Of a stretch of DNA of 64,000 nucleotides, positions 26,421-37,940 are shown one piece after another. The DNA is from Felis catus. Its lineage: Eukaryota. The stretch is from positions 212,476,001 through 212,540,000 of the forward strand of contig NC_058368.1 of the NCBI RefSeq assembly GCF_018350175.1. Direction: 5' to 3'. Position numbers and translations under genes: made by a program. A model generated the notes under the pieces. The model was given only the letters and a program-made list of their open reading frames with translations. It ran no database searches and was not told the DNA's origin. Position 1 is the first letter of the stretch, and each line of letters opens with the position of its first letter.

Positions 26421-27720
26421 GACTTTAGCAAGTTTCTACCTGAAATGAAATTAGCATATCCATTAACAACAAAGAAACAAAGCTACCTGTAGTTTTAGGA
26501 TTTTTTCCTTTCTCTTTCTTCTTGCCTCTCTTCCTCCTTTGGTTTTAATTTATTTCAAGCCTTTCCCTTTTGCAGAGGGATCATATTAATGTGAGTTTCT
26601 AAAAGATCATTCACAATGCAAGGCCCTAGACCATCTGCTTCCTGTTTCTCTTTTATTTTTCCTCCTCTCCAGCATACTGGTTCCATTGCTTTTACTTAAA
26701 TGTCTTAAACATATAAGGGACTCTGCATTTGCTATTTATTCTACTTAAAATGCCCTTCCACCATGTATATACGTGACTCAGCTTTCACTTCATTCAGGCT
26801 GGCCTGCGGACTACAGGATAATAAATGGGCAAATCCTCTTCCCCGCTAGAATATGAGGTACTATCCATTTTCTTTCTTCTTTAGTTATTTAATTTCATGT
26901 TGGGGTTTGAGTGTCCCTCTAGAGAGAGAGGTTGTTCTCTACTCAAATGGATTCCTAAGGGCTTTTTCAAATGAAGCAAAAGGGGCCTGGGAATGGGGGT
27001 ATCTTAACATTAAGGTAACAGCAGATACTTTCTTTCCCTTTGTACATAGTATTTTCATACTTCATGCTCATCACCTCAGGTTTTATACATGGAATCCACT
27101 AAATGGAGAGAGTAAGGGTTTTCTCTTCCTTCCTAGAGTGGGTGAGGGTTGGAGAAAGTATGTTTTTAAAGAAATGTAAATTTAATAGCAAGTTTCTCTA
27201 AAATAACAACAACTAAAAACCTCTACAAACCTTCCCTGGTTGTTAGATTTGTTTCTTCTGTCCCCTGATCTATATTTTCCTTTCTACCTAACCTCTTAGA
27301 TATATACATGATTTTTTTATTGTATATTTCCATGTATTATGGAATGTGAGCTCCAAAGGTTTTTATCTCCAACTTCTAGAATACTATGTCGTTCATAGTA
27401 AGAATTCAGTAAATATTTTATAAAGAATACCTATGTAAGATTGATTTAATAGAGAACCTGGTTAGAGTATTTATTTGTGATCGTGTCTCTTTATATGAAG
27501 ACAATGTTAGGATTACTTCCTGGAATTCCAGGTCTAGGATAGTAGGTTTTGTTTTCTTGGCCAGTTGCTGTTTTTCTTGTTGTTGTTCTTGCTATTTTCA
27601 TTCTTTAAATGTATGTGTATCAGAAAGATAACATGTATCAATAAGCAACTGTGGTCTTAGTATAACTCATGAAATATTTAATTGATTTGTTTATAATTTT
27701 GCTTAGACTATAAAGTATGA

Positions 27721-27721
<1 letters not shown>

Positions 27722-27753
<32 letters not shown>
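27722..27753 (+). repeat. (TG)16 microsatellite
   Basis: Direct reading. Confidence 0.95.
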
Positions 27754-27756
<3 letters not shown>

Positions 27757-29404
27757 ATTTATGGGTTTGTTGCGAGATGGGAAGAAGGAAATAGTATATG
27801 GGAAGAGCTATTGCCAAGAAATAGCTGTGATTCTTCAAGAATTTATTGACATATTTGATGAAAAAGGTTTATAAAAGCACTTGCAAATTTTTGGTTCAGC
27901 AAGGATTTTTGAGCAGCATGTGAGACCCTGTGGGGAGGAGGGCACTGGATCCATTATATTAGAGGATTTACAGTCTAGTTACATATGCAGGCTATACGGT
28001 TATCCTGGGCTGTACTACAAGGCAGAGGGTATTAAGGGCTACAACAGGAAAACAAAGTGTTCTCAGGGGAAGCAGAGTGGAGAATGAAGCCCAAACTAAT
28101 AGAGGTGACTATGTGATTATGTGACTTATTAGCAAGGGGATGCCAGTAGAGAAGTGGTAAGAACATTTTAGGTTAGTTAGGGAAGGCTTCAGAAGGGAGG
28201 GGAGGAAAATGTGGCACCCATTCAAAACATAGGGGAGAATGACTGTTTCCTGTGTGCTCTACTTCCTGTCAGACAGAGGCTTCTCTCTTTAAGCCTGCCC
28301 CTTGTCAAATGAGGAGTAACCCTAGAGGATATGCAAATGGCTCTTTAAGTTCTCTAAATTCTTCCAAGGTTTCTTGTAGTTGATTATAGGAGGAAAAGAG
28401 TTTCTAGGTTAGGATATTTGCTGTCTACTCGGGAAGTAAACTAAGAACCTGTGTAACTGTATAATAGTGTGGGGAGCTGCTTGGGTAATGTTAACATTGT
28501 CAGGCAGTTCTAGGAAGGAATTTGTGTGGGTCTGAATCCTTTTGAAGACTGGAAAGCCCTAGGAAGGACTTGGATTTGTTTGCCAGTTTACCACTCCCCC
28601 AACCCCAGCCGTCAGTGTGAGAAAGGTTATCATTCCTCGGCTTTCAAGGTTTTCTCTGAGAAAGATCTTTTTCTTTGTTCTATTTATGCTACAGGCCCTA
28701 ACAAAAGCACTCAGTACCACAGTTATGGAACAGTGACACTCCAGCCGCAGCACATGGGTGGCTGAGCGAGTCAGGCTGGTATGGACTAGCTTATGGCCTA
28801 ATTATGGAAAATAAAACAAGATTGCTTTAGATTTATGAAAACTGGAAGGTGCTATTGCTGCACATGAACAGAAAATCCTTGCTTCCAGGAACCCGTGTTC
28901 TCATTTTAACATGAAGACAGAAAGTGAGCTTCACTATAACTTGCCTTTCTAAGGAAAATAATGCTTTCTCTCTTTAGCCTCTTGCTTCAGTGAGTTAGAG
29001 CGATGAGTGGGCAATGAGGGTATAAAAAAGAGGCTGGACACAGTGGACGTGTTCACTAAATTATCTTCTGTCTACAGGGAAGGCTGCTGCTTTCAGTATA
29101 TTCCTCAAAGGAAAAAAAAATTGTCAACTCAATCAAGTTGAAATATTACCTTGTAGTAGATTTAATAATAAGGAAATGGACTTATTTCCAGTGGTCACAG
29201 CACTGAGGGCTTGGGCAAGGCCAGGTGTTTAGGAATGATCTGATGTATTGTGTCCTGAGTTTATCTGTGTATTTGCAGATAGAAAAGAAATGGTTGGAGA
29301 GCATGTTGGTCCTGACAGTAGTATAAAGAGGGAAGTGCATGAATAATGCAGTATGAATGTGTATGGCAGGGGCTGGCATATCTACATGTATAGGTCTGTT
29401 TAGC

Positions 29405-29645
29405 AGACCAGTTAGAGTATAGGTGCTAACAACAAATTCGTGAGCTCAAAATTTTTCACTTACTAGCTGTAGGCCTTAGGCAAATTACTTAGCCTGTTTA
29501 AGTTTCTCTTAGACTCTCTGAGTTTGTTATTCCTCATCTGTAAAGTTGGAATAATAACAGTACAAATCTCATAAGCGTTTTGGAGTATTAAGATAATTCA
29601 TGTACTCAGCCTCAAATAAAGGCTCAATAAATAAGAATATTATGA
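29405..29645 (+). mobile_element. MIR
   Basis: cacttactagctgtaggccttaggcaaattacttagcc...ttcctcatctgtaaagttggaataataacagtac...gctcaataaat. Confidence 0.85.
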
Positions 29646-29835
29646 GGAGTAAATATACCTACTGCAGCTGACATTACTAATTACTAAGTAAGGATGTCAG
29701 TGTAATGAATGAATTTGGTGAGCAGAGCAGTGAAGATACTTATTTTCCTTTACTTTCTGTCCTGTAACTTATAGCACCGTTAATAATACAGTTTTCAATA
29801 ATTTTGAACCTACTATATGTTGGACAGAATTCTAG

Positions 29836-30840
29836 AATTTTTTTAATTAAACTTTTTATTTTAGGGCAGTCTTGAATTTACAGAAAAGTTGCAAAGAATG
29901 TATGGAGTTCTCATATACCTCCCCCCACCACCACCCCTTTCCCCCAATTATTAACAGACTTCATTAATACAGTGCATTTGTCACAATTAACGAACACCGT
30001 ATTGACACAATTGTTGTTAACTAAAGTCCATATTTTACTCAAGTTTTCCTTTGTTTTTACCTAATGTCCTTTTCTTTTGTTCCAGGATCCCATCCAGGAT
30101 ACTGCCTTACATTTCGTCATCGTGTCTCTGTAGCCTTCTTCTTGACTCTGGCAGTGTCTCAGACCTTCCGTTTTTGATGACCTTGACAACTTTGAGGAGT
30201 ACTGATCAGGTATTTTCTAGAATGTTTTTCTGTTTGTGTTTGCCTGATATTTCTCATGATTAGACTGGAGTTATGGGTTTTGGAAGATGACCACAGAAGT
30301 AAAGTGTCATTCTCATCATATATCAAGAGTACGTAGCAGCAACATGACTTAACACTGTTGATGTTAACTTTGATTTACTAGCTTGAGGTAGTATTTGCCA
30401 GGTTTCTCCACTCTTGTTACTCCTTCCCCTTCCCCTTATTCCATTCTGTATTCTTTTTTTTTTAATTTTTTTAATGTTTATTTTTTGAGAGAAGGAGAGA
30501 GCATGAGTGGGGGAGGGGCAGAGAGAGAGAGGGAGACACAGAATCTGAAGCAGGCTCCAGGCTCTGAGCTGTCAGCACAGAGTCTGACGCAGAGCTCAAA
30601 CCCACAAACCACGAGATCATGACCTGAACCGAAGTCAGACGCTTAACTGACTGAGCCACCCAGGCACCCCCCATTTTATATTCTTTTAAATAAAGTTACT
30701 ATGTGTAATTTATGCTTAAGGAATAGGGGATTAAACTCTACCTCTTTGAGGATGGATTATCTACATAAATTATTTGGAAATCTATACAGGAGATTTATTT
30801 ATTCTCTCCCTCCCCCATTTACTTATGTATTCAATTTTTT
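29836..30840 (-). mobile_element. Ancient L1 3' end (L1MC3/4-like), interrupted by a Can-SINE
   Basis: tttacagaaaagttgcaaag...ttaactaaagtccat...ttgttccaggatcccatccaggatac...gagtactgatcaggtattttctagaatg. Confidence 0.8.
30458..30670 (-). mobile_element. Can-SINE (SINEC_Fc-type)
   Basis: gaatctgaagcaggctccaggctctgagctgtcagcacagag...gagccacccaggcacccc; TSD CCATTYTRTATTCTTTT at 30441-30457 and 30671-30687. Confidence 0.95.
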
Positions 30841-30849
30841 TATATTAAT

Positions 30850-31415
30850 ATGGCTGATATGGACATTTTAACAATATTAATTCTTCTAGTCCATGAGCAC
30901 AAAATATCTTTCTGTTTATTTGTGTCTTCTTTTATTTCTTTCATCACTGTCGTATAGTTTTCTGTGGAAAAATCTTTCACCTCCTTGGTTAAATTTATTC
31001 TTAGTATTTTATCTTTATGATGCTGTTGTAAATGAGATTGTTTTAATTTCTCTTTCTGACAGTTCATTGTTAGTATATAGAAATGCAACTGTTTGTTCTA
31101 AATTGATTTTGTATCTTGCAACTTAGTACTAAGTCTATTTATTAATCCTAACAGTTCTTTGGTGGAGTCATTAGGGTTTGCTATATATAGCATCATGTCA
31201 TCTGCAAATATAAACAATTTTACTTCTTCCTTTATGATTTAGATACCTTTATTTCTTTTTCTTGCATAATCGCTCTGGCTAGGATTCCAGTAGTATGTAG
31301 AATAAAAGTGGCTAAAGTGGGAATCCTTGTCTTGTTCCTGATCTTAGAGTAAAATCTTTCAGCTTTTCATCATTGAAAGAGATATAAATTATGGGCTTGT
31401 CATATGTGGCCTTAT
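30850..31415 (-). mobile_element. L1 ORF2 internal fragment
   Basis: ORF 30840-31088 reads INLTKEVKD...[15 protein letters not shown]; catcatgtcatctgcaaata encodes the FADDM RT motif on minus. Confidence 0.9.
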
Positions 31416-33242
31416 GATACTCCCGTTAAGTGCCAGGGTTCTCTAATGTTCTATCTTCAGGTCTTCTTTATTTTCTCTACATAATCCAGGGTGATTTTAT
31501 GGTATCAGCAACTGTCTGAATCTTCTGGCTTTGATTTCTATTCTGAGTGTCAGATTCTGTTTATAGTTATAACTGGATAGCTTCAAATTGAATTCAGTAT
31601 CTTTAAAATTGAATTAATTGTCCAAATTCTCTTCCCAATCTCTTCCTATATTTCTTATCTCATTTATGAGTTTATCTCCCATGTAGTTTCCCATATTTTA
31701 AATGTTAAATTCAGTATATATCCAACTGTTCTTATTACCTTTACCTGTTCCCAATATTTATTGTTTATAAAATCCTATAGAGTTTATACTTGGAATATTT
31801 CTCAATCCAGCCCTATTCACTGTCCCCATGTGGGTGTATATTATAAGTGCCAGTGAAACCTAACAGATCCTAGATAAATGCTGTAGGCTTCTAAATAGAA
31901 TTCCTGGGTCCAGTGTCTCCTGCTTTTAGTGTACCCTACACACTGATGCCATAGTGATTTTACTACATCAGAACTTTACATCTAACCTATATTCCTAGAA
32001 CTGTTAAATAGCATGGCTTGAAAGTTACTTCCAACTCTGGTTCCCATTTGACATCTACAGATTTTTCCAATGCCATTTCTCCCTTTCCCCACATCTTAAA
32101 ATTAAAGCTACACAGAACTTATTACTACTAGTGAACATATGTTCTTTTGTTATTTTGAGATATTTGGACATATATGGAAGAATTTCTGCCTGAGAAATAT
32201 TCACCTTCCTCTGCCTTGGAAGACTTCCTTTCATTTTTTTAAGAACTCACATACATATCAACTAGTGTTTACTGAGAACCTACAATATGCAAAGAACTCT
32301 GGCAGCTAACATAATTTAATCTTTGTGCTATCAGCAAGTTTCTCTATACTAAGCATTTTACTCTTTTTACCTTTTCTAAAAATCTAAACATTCTAGGAAA
32401 ATAGAGTATTAAATATTTTATATATTAGTGAGATTTAATCCATCAAATTGTTTTCTCCAGTAACAGGAAGGTCATGTGGGAAGAAGAAATGGTGATGAGA
32501 AGGAAGAGGGGATCAAAGAAAAAGGAAATAGGAGTTGATGGAGAGTAAATAGCCTGTTAAAATTTTGTCTAGCCTGGCAAAAATGCTATTCCATAAGTGG
32601 TGTCTACTCTTAGCTGGATGATAGCAAGAGAAGAAATTGTCAAGGCACAGATAAGGCTGATCATCCCTAAGTTGGATCTGAATGTTTCCAGAGATGTATA
32701 GTATGTCAAAAGTAAAGACAAATCTAGAGTTTTAAGGGAAAAAATGGCAAAAATTTATAAAGTTTCAAACTTACAACTCTTGGAATATGGTTTTGTGGTC
32801 AAGATTTCTCTGTGTATTGGGTGCCTTTTAGGATAAATTTCAAGGTTAGGGTGAAGAATCAGACAATTTGGAGGGTACCAGGTATCTCTGGACAGAGTAT
32901 GCAATTTCAGATGTGCTATGTAGGAAATAGGAAGATGTGGAAGGCAGACCTTCTTTTGGTTGGAATGGACCATAGGGATAATGTAATTCAGCTCCATTTT
33001 GCATATGAAGAAACTGAGACCTTAGAATGTTATATTTCTTGAGCAGATCTCAGCCTTGCTGCTACAAGTGAGATAGGGAACTCCTTCAATCTGTTCTGTT
33101 TTTCTGCAGATAAAATTAATACCAGGATATTGCATAGAAAATGATAACAATAGCTTACATTTGTGTAGAGCTTTGTTTATAAAATTCTGGGCACATTATT
33201 ATCACAGAGTGCATACTGTTTCTGCTTTTGAGACACTTGCTA

Positions 33243-33376
33243 ATGTGTGGCCATATAATTTATTATCCAAACCAGGACACTTATGAGAATGAAAGGGGAA
33301 GCTATAAATAATTATGTAGGAACAACAGGCATAAACTGGGAGGGTTCCAAGAACCCCTGGATATGTGGTCACCTGA
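33243..33376. mobile_element. MER94-like hAT-Blackjack MITE
   Basis: gtggccatataatttattatccaaaccaggacactt...gaaagggg...acaacaggcataaactggga...atatgtggtcacct matches the recalled MER94 consensus end to end. Confidence 0.8.
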
Positions 33377-34134
33377 TTGTTAATTCATCTAATTGCAGAA
33401 TTACCAAAACCAAACTACAAGTTGGGTTAAAAAGTGAAACAGTTTGTGAGTTATAATGGGTCAAAAGATCAAAGTCTTAAAGATGGCAACAGCTAGAGTT
33501 GTGGTTGTACAGGAGGACCAAGGATTAATTGCCTCTAAAATCAGTGGGACCGAAGATTTATGGTTCTCCAAATGAAGTAGATAATACAAAGACACAGAAC
33601 CTGTAAAATCAAATCTCTGGAAGAGAAGAGAAAGACAAAAAATTGAACTGTGTATGTTAACTTAATACTATTATTAAAAACAATACATAGGTATAAACAA
33701 AAACTACACCTTTCAGAATATGTTTCTTAAAGCATCTTAACCAAGGTGAAGATGATGTGCATGCACATATATCCTCAAAATCTCAAATGAGGTAACTAAA
33801 TCATAAGTGTAAAAAATACTATATGTTAACAGGGTTAAATGAACACAGAACACACTCCAAATTCTGCATTTCCTAAAGTTTTCTAACTGTGATGTTTCTT
33901 TCTTATTCTGACGTTAACTGGAAAGTCAGGAAATCACAGCAAATCATATTTATTTTGTGTGTAACATTACATTTAGGTTTCCTTGGTTCTCATCTCTTTT
34001 GGCTTAATACTCTGCTCACATTGTTCATTGTGGAGAAATGTAATTTTGTATTAGTTGCTTGTATTTCTATTTTACTGTGAGGACAAATGATCAAAAAATG
34101 TGTGTGTTGTTAAGAATGAACAGTTCTATGTCTA

Positions 34135-34310
34135 TTATCATTAATAGTATCTTACATATGTGTAGCATTTTATATTATAAATGCTTTCATATACATTAGC
34201 TTATTCAAATGGCACACAGAAATCCTTTGAGAGAGGCTATATTATCCCTATTTTAGGGAGAAAGAATCTTAGGCTGAGAGCTTATTGACCCGGTTGGAAC
34301 CAGGGTGTGT
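34135..34310 (-). mobile_element. MIR remnant (a second one at ~34545-34730)
   Basis: atgctttcatatacattagcttatt...tattatccctattttagggagaaagaa..aggctgagag. Confidence 0.6.
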
Positions 34311-36068
34311 CTCTCATCTTATATGTTTGCAGTAGGATTTCCAGAGAAGACTATGTCTGTCTCATGGTTCCAGTTTCTTCCAGAAATCTCCAGCTCATAG
34401 GCTTTGTTAAAACTTCTTCCTCTCTTTGCCTTCCAATCCTATGGAGTGATAAAGGCTTCCTGTTCTTGTTAATCTCTGGATTGCTTCATGGTCCCTGTTT
34501 AACCTTTCAGCACTTCCAACATATTTGAGAATAGAGTTCCAGAGTTTGATTTCTGTGCCTGCATCCTGATTATTCTAAGTACTTTTACATATATTAACTC
34601 TCTAATCTATATATCAGTTCTATGAAGTAGATAGTATTATTTTACCCTTTTTAGAAATGAAGGCACTAAGACATTGTTTGTTCAGAGTTCAACAGAAAGT
34701 AGTGGCCTGAACCTAAACTCTTAAACACTAAATCACATTAGCTCTCATTAAAATCAAGCCATTCACCCTTGACTCTAAACATTTCTAACTGAAGAATTCT
34801 TTCCTGAACTCTGAGCTCAAGGTCATTGACATCCTTCCAAATGTATCTGGTGATGCTTCTATTTTTAGCAGGGCAAGTGGCCAAAGGACTGCTTACATTA
34901 CCTTCATGAACCCCTGAGATCCATTTTGCTGTCTCCTTTTTATGATTTTTTTCTTCTCCTCCTACAGACCCCCTACTAGAGTCACTCACTGGTTTCTCTT
35001 GGTCCTGTTAGTATACTCAGGGTATCCACAGGTTGCTCACCCATTTTGCTTTTGCTCCCTATTTCATAGCTGCCCTCTGTCAGTTCCACTGGTGCAAAAG
35101 GACAGGTCAGAGATACATTGCATAAGAACACATTAATGATTCTAATGATGAATTGAATACTTCAAGAATAAGAAAATATCTCTGCCATCTTTCCTAGTAC
35201 ATTTTAATAAATATGTACTGGCTCTTCACTTAAGAGTCTATGAATATACTGTGTAATTTTAGATTTATTATAAATATTTATATTAATTTCTGTTTTTTTT
35301 TCCTTACTGTCTTGTTTTAAATATCCTTTCTTTCATTCTCCTTCAGGTGAACTCTTACTTCTGTTGAAAGGCAAGGTCTTGCTTAAATGCTATCTATTCT
35401 GGTAATCTTCTGTGACTCCACTACCGACTCCCTTATCTCTGTCGTAGATATAATAAATCATCTCTCACCGTTTGGTTCCATATCACCCTGTTCACCTCTC
35501 AAATCCAGTTCTCAGTGAGTGCGTGTCTGTGTCCCAAATAAACTTGACAGTGGAGAGTACATCTTTGCTTTTATGTTTCCAGTCATCTAATACATATTCA
35601 GCAAATTTTGGAATTGAGTCAGAGCAAGCAATTCTGTTGACTTCTGCCCTAACAAATCTATATTTGTTGATGACAAGTAAGCAACATTTAGTGAATGCTA
35701 AGCAGGTGAAACTATCTTTCTTGTAAATTTGGTTTGTGCTATTTTAATCTGATATGTCATAAAATGGGAGATTTGGTTATTTCATAACTAATTTGTATTC
35801 AGGACCCTGAGTTCTAACCCAAAATTGTGAGGTGGGAAATGGACAAATTTAATTGAATTAATCTTTTGCTAATTTCTTGGTTTTTTTACATTAAAAAATT
35901 ACAGTTTAATCAAATTACAGTTATCCAGTTGTAAGAAATAATACAGAGTTCACATTTTTAGATTCCACAGTATAAGATCCATTACAGGAGAACGATTAGG
36001 GCGCTTGAAAGTAGAACAGTGTGTACTGATCTGTCTAGTTGTCCCTGGTGTATACTCAGATTCTCATA

Positions 36069-36997
36069 GGAGGTTGGGCAAGATGGCGGCTTAGGAGGAC
36101 GCTGGGCTCACCGCACGTCCTGCTGATCACTTAGATTCCAACTACACCTGCCTAAATAACCCAGAAAACTGCCAGAGGATTAGCAGAACAGAGTCTCCGG
36201 AGCCAAGCGCAGACGAGAGGCCCACGGAAGAGGGTAGGAAGGGCGGTGAGGCGGTGCGTGCTCCACGGACTGGCGGGAGGGAGCCGGGGCGGAGGGGCGG
36301 CTCGCCGGCCAAGCAGAGCCCCCAAGTCTGGCTGGCAAAAGCGGAGGGGCCGGACGGAGTGTGTTCCAACAGCAAGCGCGACTTAGCGTCTGGGAGGTCA
36401 TAAGTTAACAGCTCTGCTCGGAAAGCGGGAAGGCTGGAGGACAAAGGGAGGGAGAGCTGCTGAGCCCCCTGATGACAGAGCTCAGTTTGGTGGGGAACAA
36501 AGGCGCTCACCAGCGCCATCTCCCCCGCCCATCCCCCAGCCAAAATCCCAAAGAGAACCAGTTCCTGCCAGGGAACTTGCTCGCTCCTCGCAAACACCCA
36601 ACTCTGTGCTTCTGTGGAGCCAAACCTCCGGCAGCGGATCTGACTCCCTCCCGCTGCCACAGGGCCCCTCCTGAACTGGATCACCTAAGGAGAAGCGAGC
36701 TAAGCCTGCCCCTCCTGCCCCTGTGCACCTTGCCTACCCACCCCAGCTAATACGCCAGATCCCCAGCATCACAAGCCTGGCAGTGTGCAAGTAGCCCAGA
36801 TGGGCCACACCACCCCACAGTGAATCCCGCCCCTAGGAGAGGGGAAGAGAAGGCACACACCAGTCTGACTGTGGCCCCAGCAGTGGGCTGGGGGCAGACA
36901 TCAGGTCTGACTGCGGCCCCGCCCACCAACTCCAGTTATACACCACAGCACAGGGGAAGTGCCCTGCAGGTCCTCACCACGCCAGGGACTATCCAAA
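36069..36997 (+). promoter_or_regulatory. L1 5'UTR internal Pol II promoter / CpG-rich island with YY1 site
   Basis: CAAGATGGCGG (YY1 motif) at 36079-36089; GGGGCGG GC boxes near 36286-36300; many retained CpGs against a CpG-poor background. Confidence 0.85.
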
Positions 36998-37890
36998 ATG
37001 ACCAAGCGGAAGAATTCCCCTCTGAAGAATCTGCAGGAAATAACAACAGCTAATGAGCTGATCAAAAAGGATTTAAATAATATAACAGAAAGTGAATTTA
37101 GAATAATAGTCATAAAATTAATCACTGGGCTTGAAAACAGTATACAGGACAGCAGAGAATCTCTTGCTACAGAGATCAAGGGACTAAAGAACAGTCACGA
37201 GGAGCTGAAAAACGCTTTAAACGAAATGCATAACAAAATGGAAACCACCACAGCTCGGCTTGAAGAGGCAGAGGAGAGAATAGGTGAACTAGAAGATAAA
37301 GTTATGGAAAAAGAGGAAGCTAAGAAAAAGAGAGATAAAAAAATCCAGGAGTATGAGGGGAAAATTAGAGAACTAAGTGATACACTAAAAAGAAATAATA
37401 TACGCATAATTGGTATCCCAGAGGAGGAAGAGAGAGGGAAAGGTGCTGAAGGGTACTTGAAGAAATAATAGCTGAGAACTTCCCTGAACTGGGGAAGGAA
37501 AAAGGCATTGAAATCCAAGAGGCACAGAGAACTCCCTTCAGACATAACTTGAATTGATCTTCTGCACGACATATCATAGTGAAACTGGCAAAATACAAGG
37601 ATAAGGAGAAAATTCTGAAAGCAGCAAGGGGTAAACGTGCCCTCACATATAAAGGGAGACCTATAAGACTCGTGACTGATCTCTCTTTTGAAACTTGGCA
37701 GGCCAGAAAGAATTGGCACGAGATTTTCAGGGTGCTAGACAGAAAAAATATGCAGCCAAGAATCCTTTATCCAGCAAGTCTGTCATTTAGAATAGAAGGA
37801 GAGATAAAGGTCTTCCCAAACAAACAAAAACTGAAGGAATTTGTCACCACTAAACCAGCCCTACAAGAGATCCTAAGGGGGACCCTGTGA
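36998..37890 (+). pseudogene. ORF1: LINE-1 ORF1p, one frameshift (~37452) and one in-frame TGA (37555-37557)
   Basis: MTKRKNSP...coiled coil...NIRIIGIPEEEE; resumes in another frame to ...DLSFETWQARK...QPRILYPA...LQEILRGTL*. Confidence 0.97.
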
Positions 37891-37940
37891 GACAAAGTCC
37901 CAGAGACATCACTACAAGCATAAAACATACAGACATCACA

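Noticed and set aside
544..35726. Numerous 60-120 aa ORFs outside L1s (e.g. 25617-25988, 26853-27179)
   Set aside because: Low-complexity or repeat-derived, often non-ATG starts, no recognisable domains; expected by chance.
36142..36684. 180-aa antisense ORF in the L1 5'UTR as an analogue of primate ORF0
   Set aside because: Starts at GTG, lies in GC-rich sequence where stops are rare, and has no recognisable similarity; there is no support beyond length.
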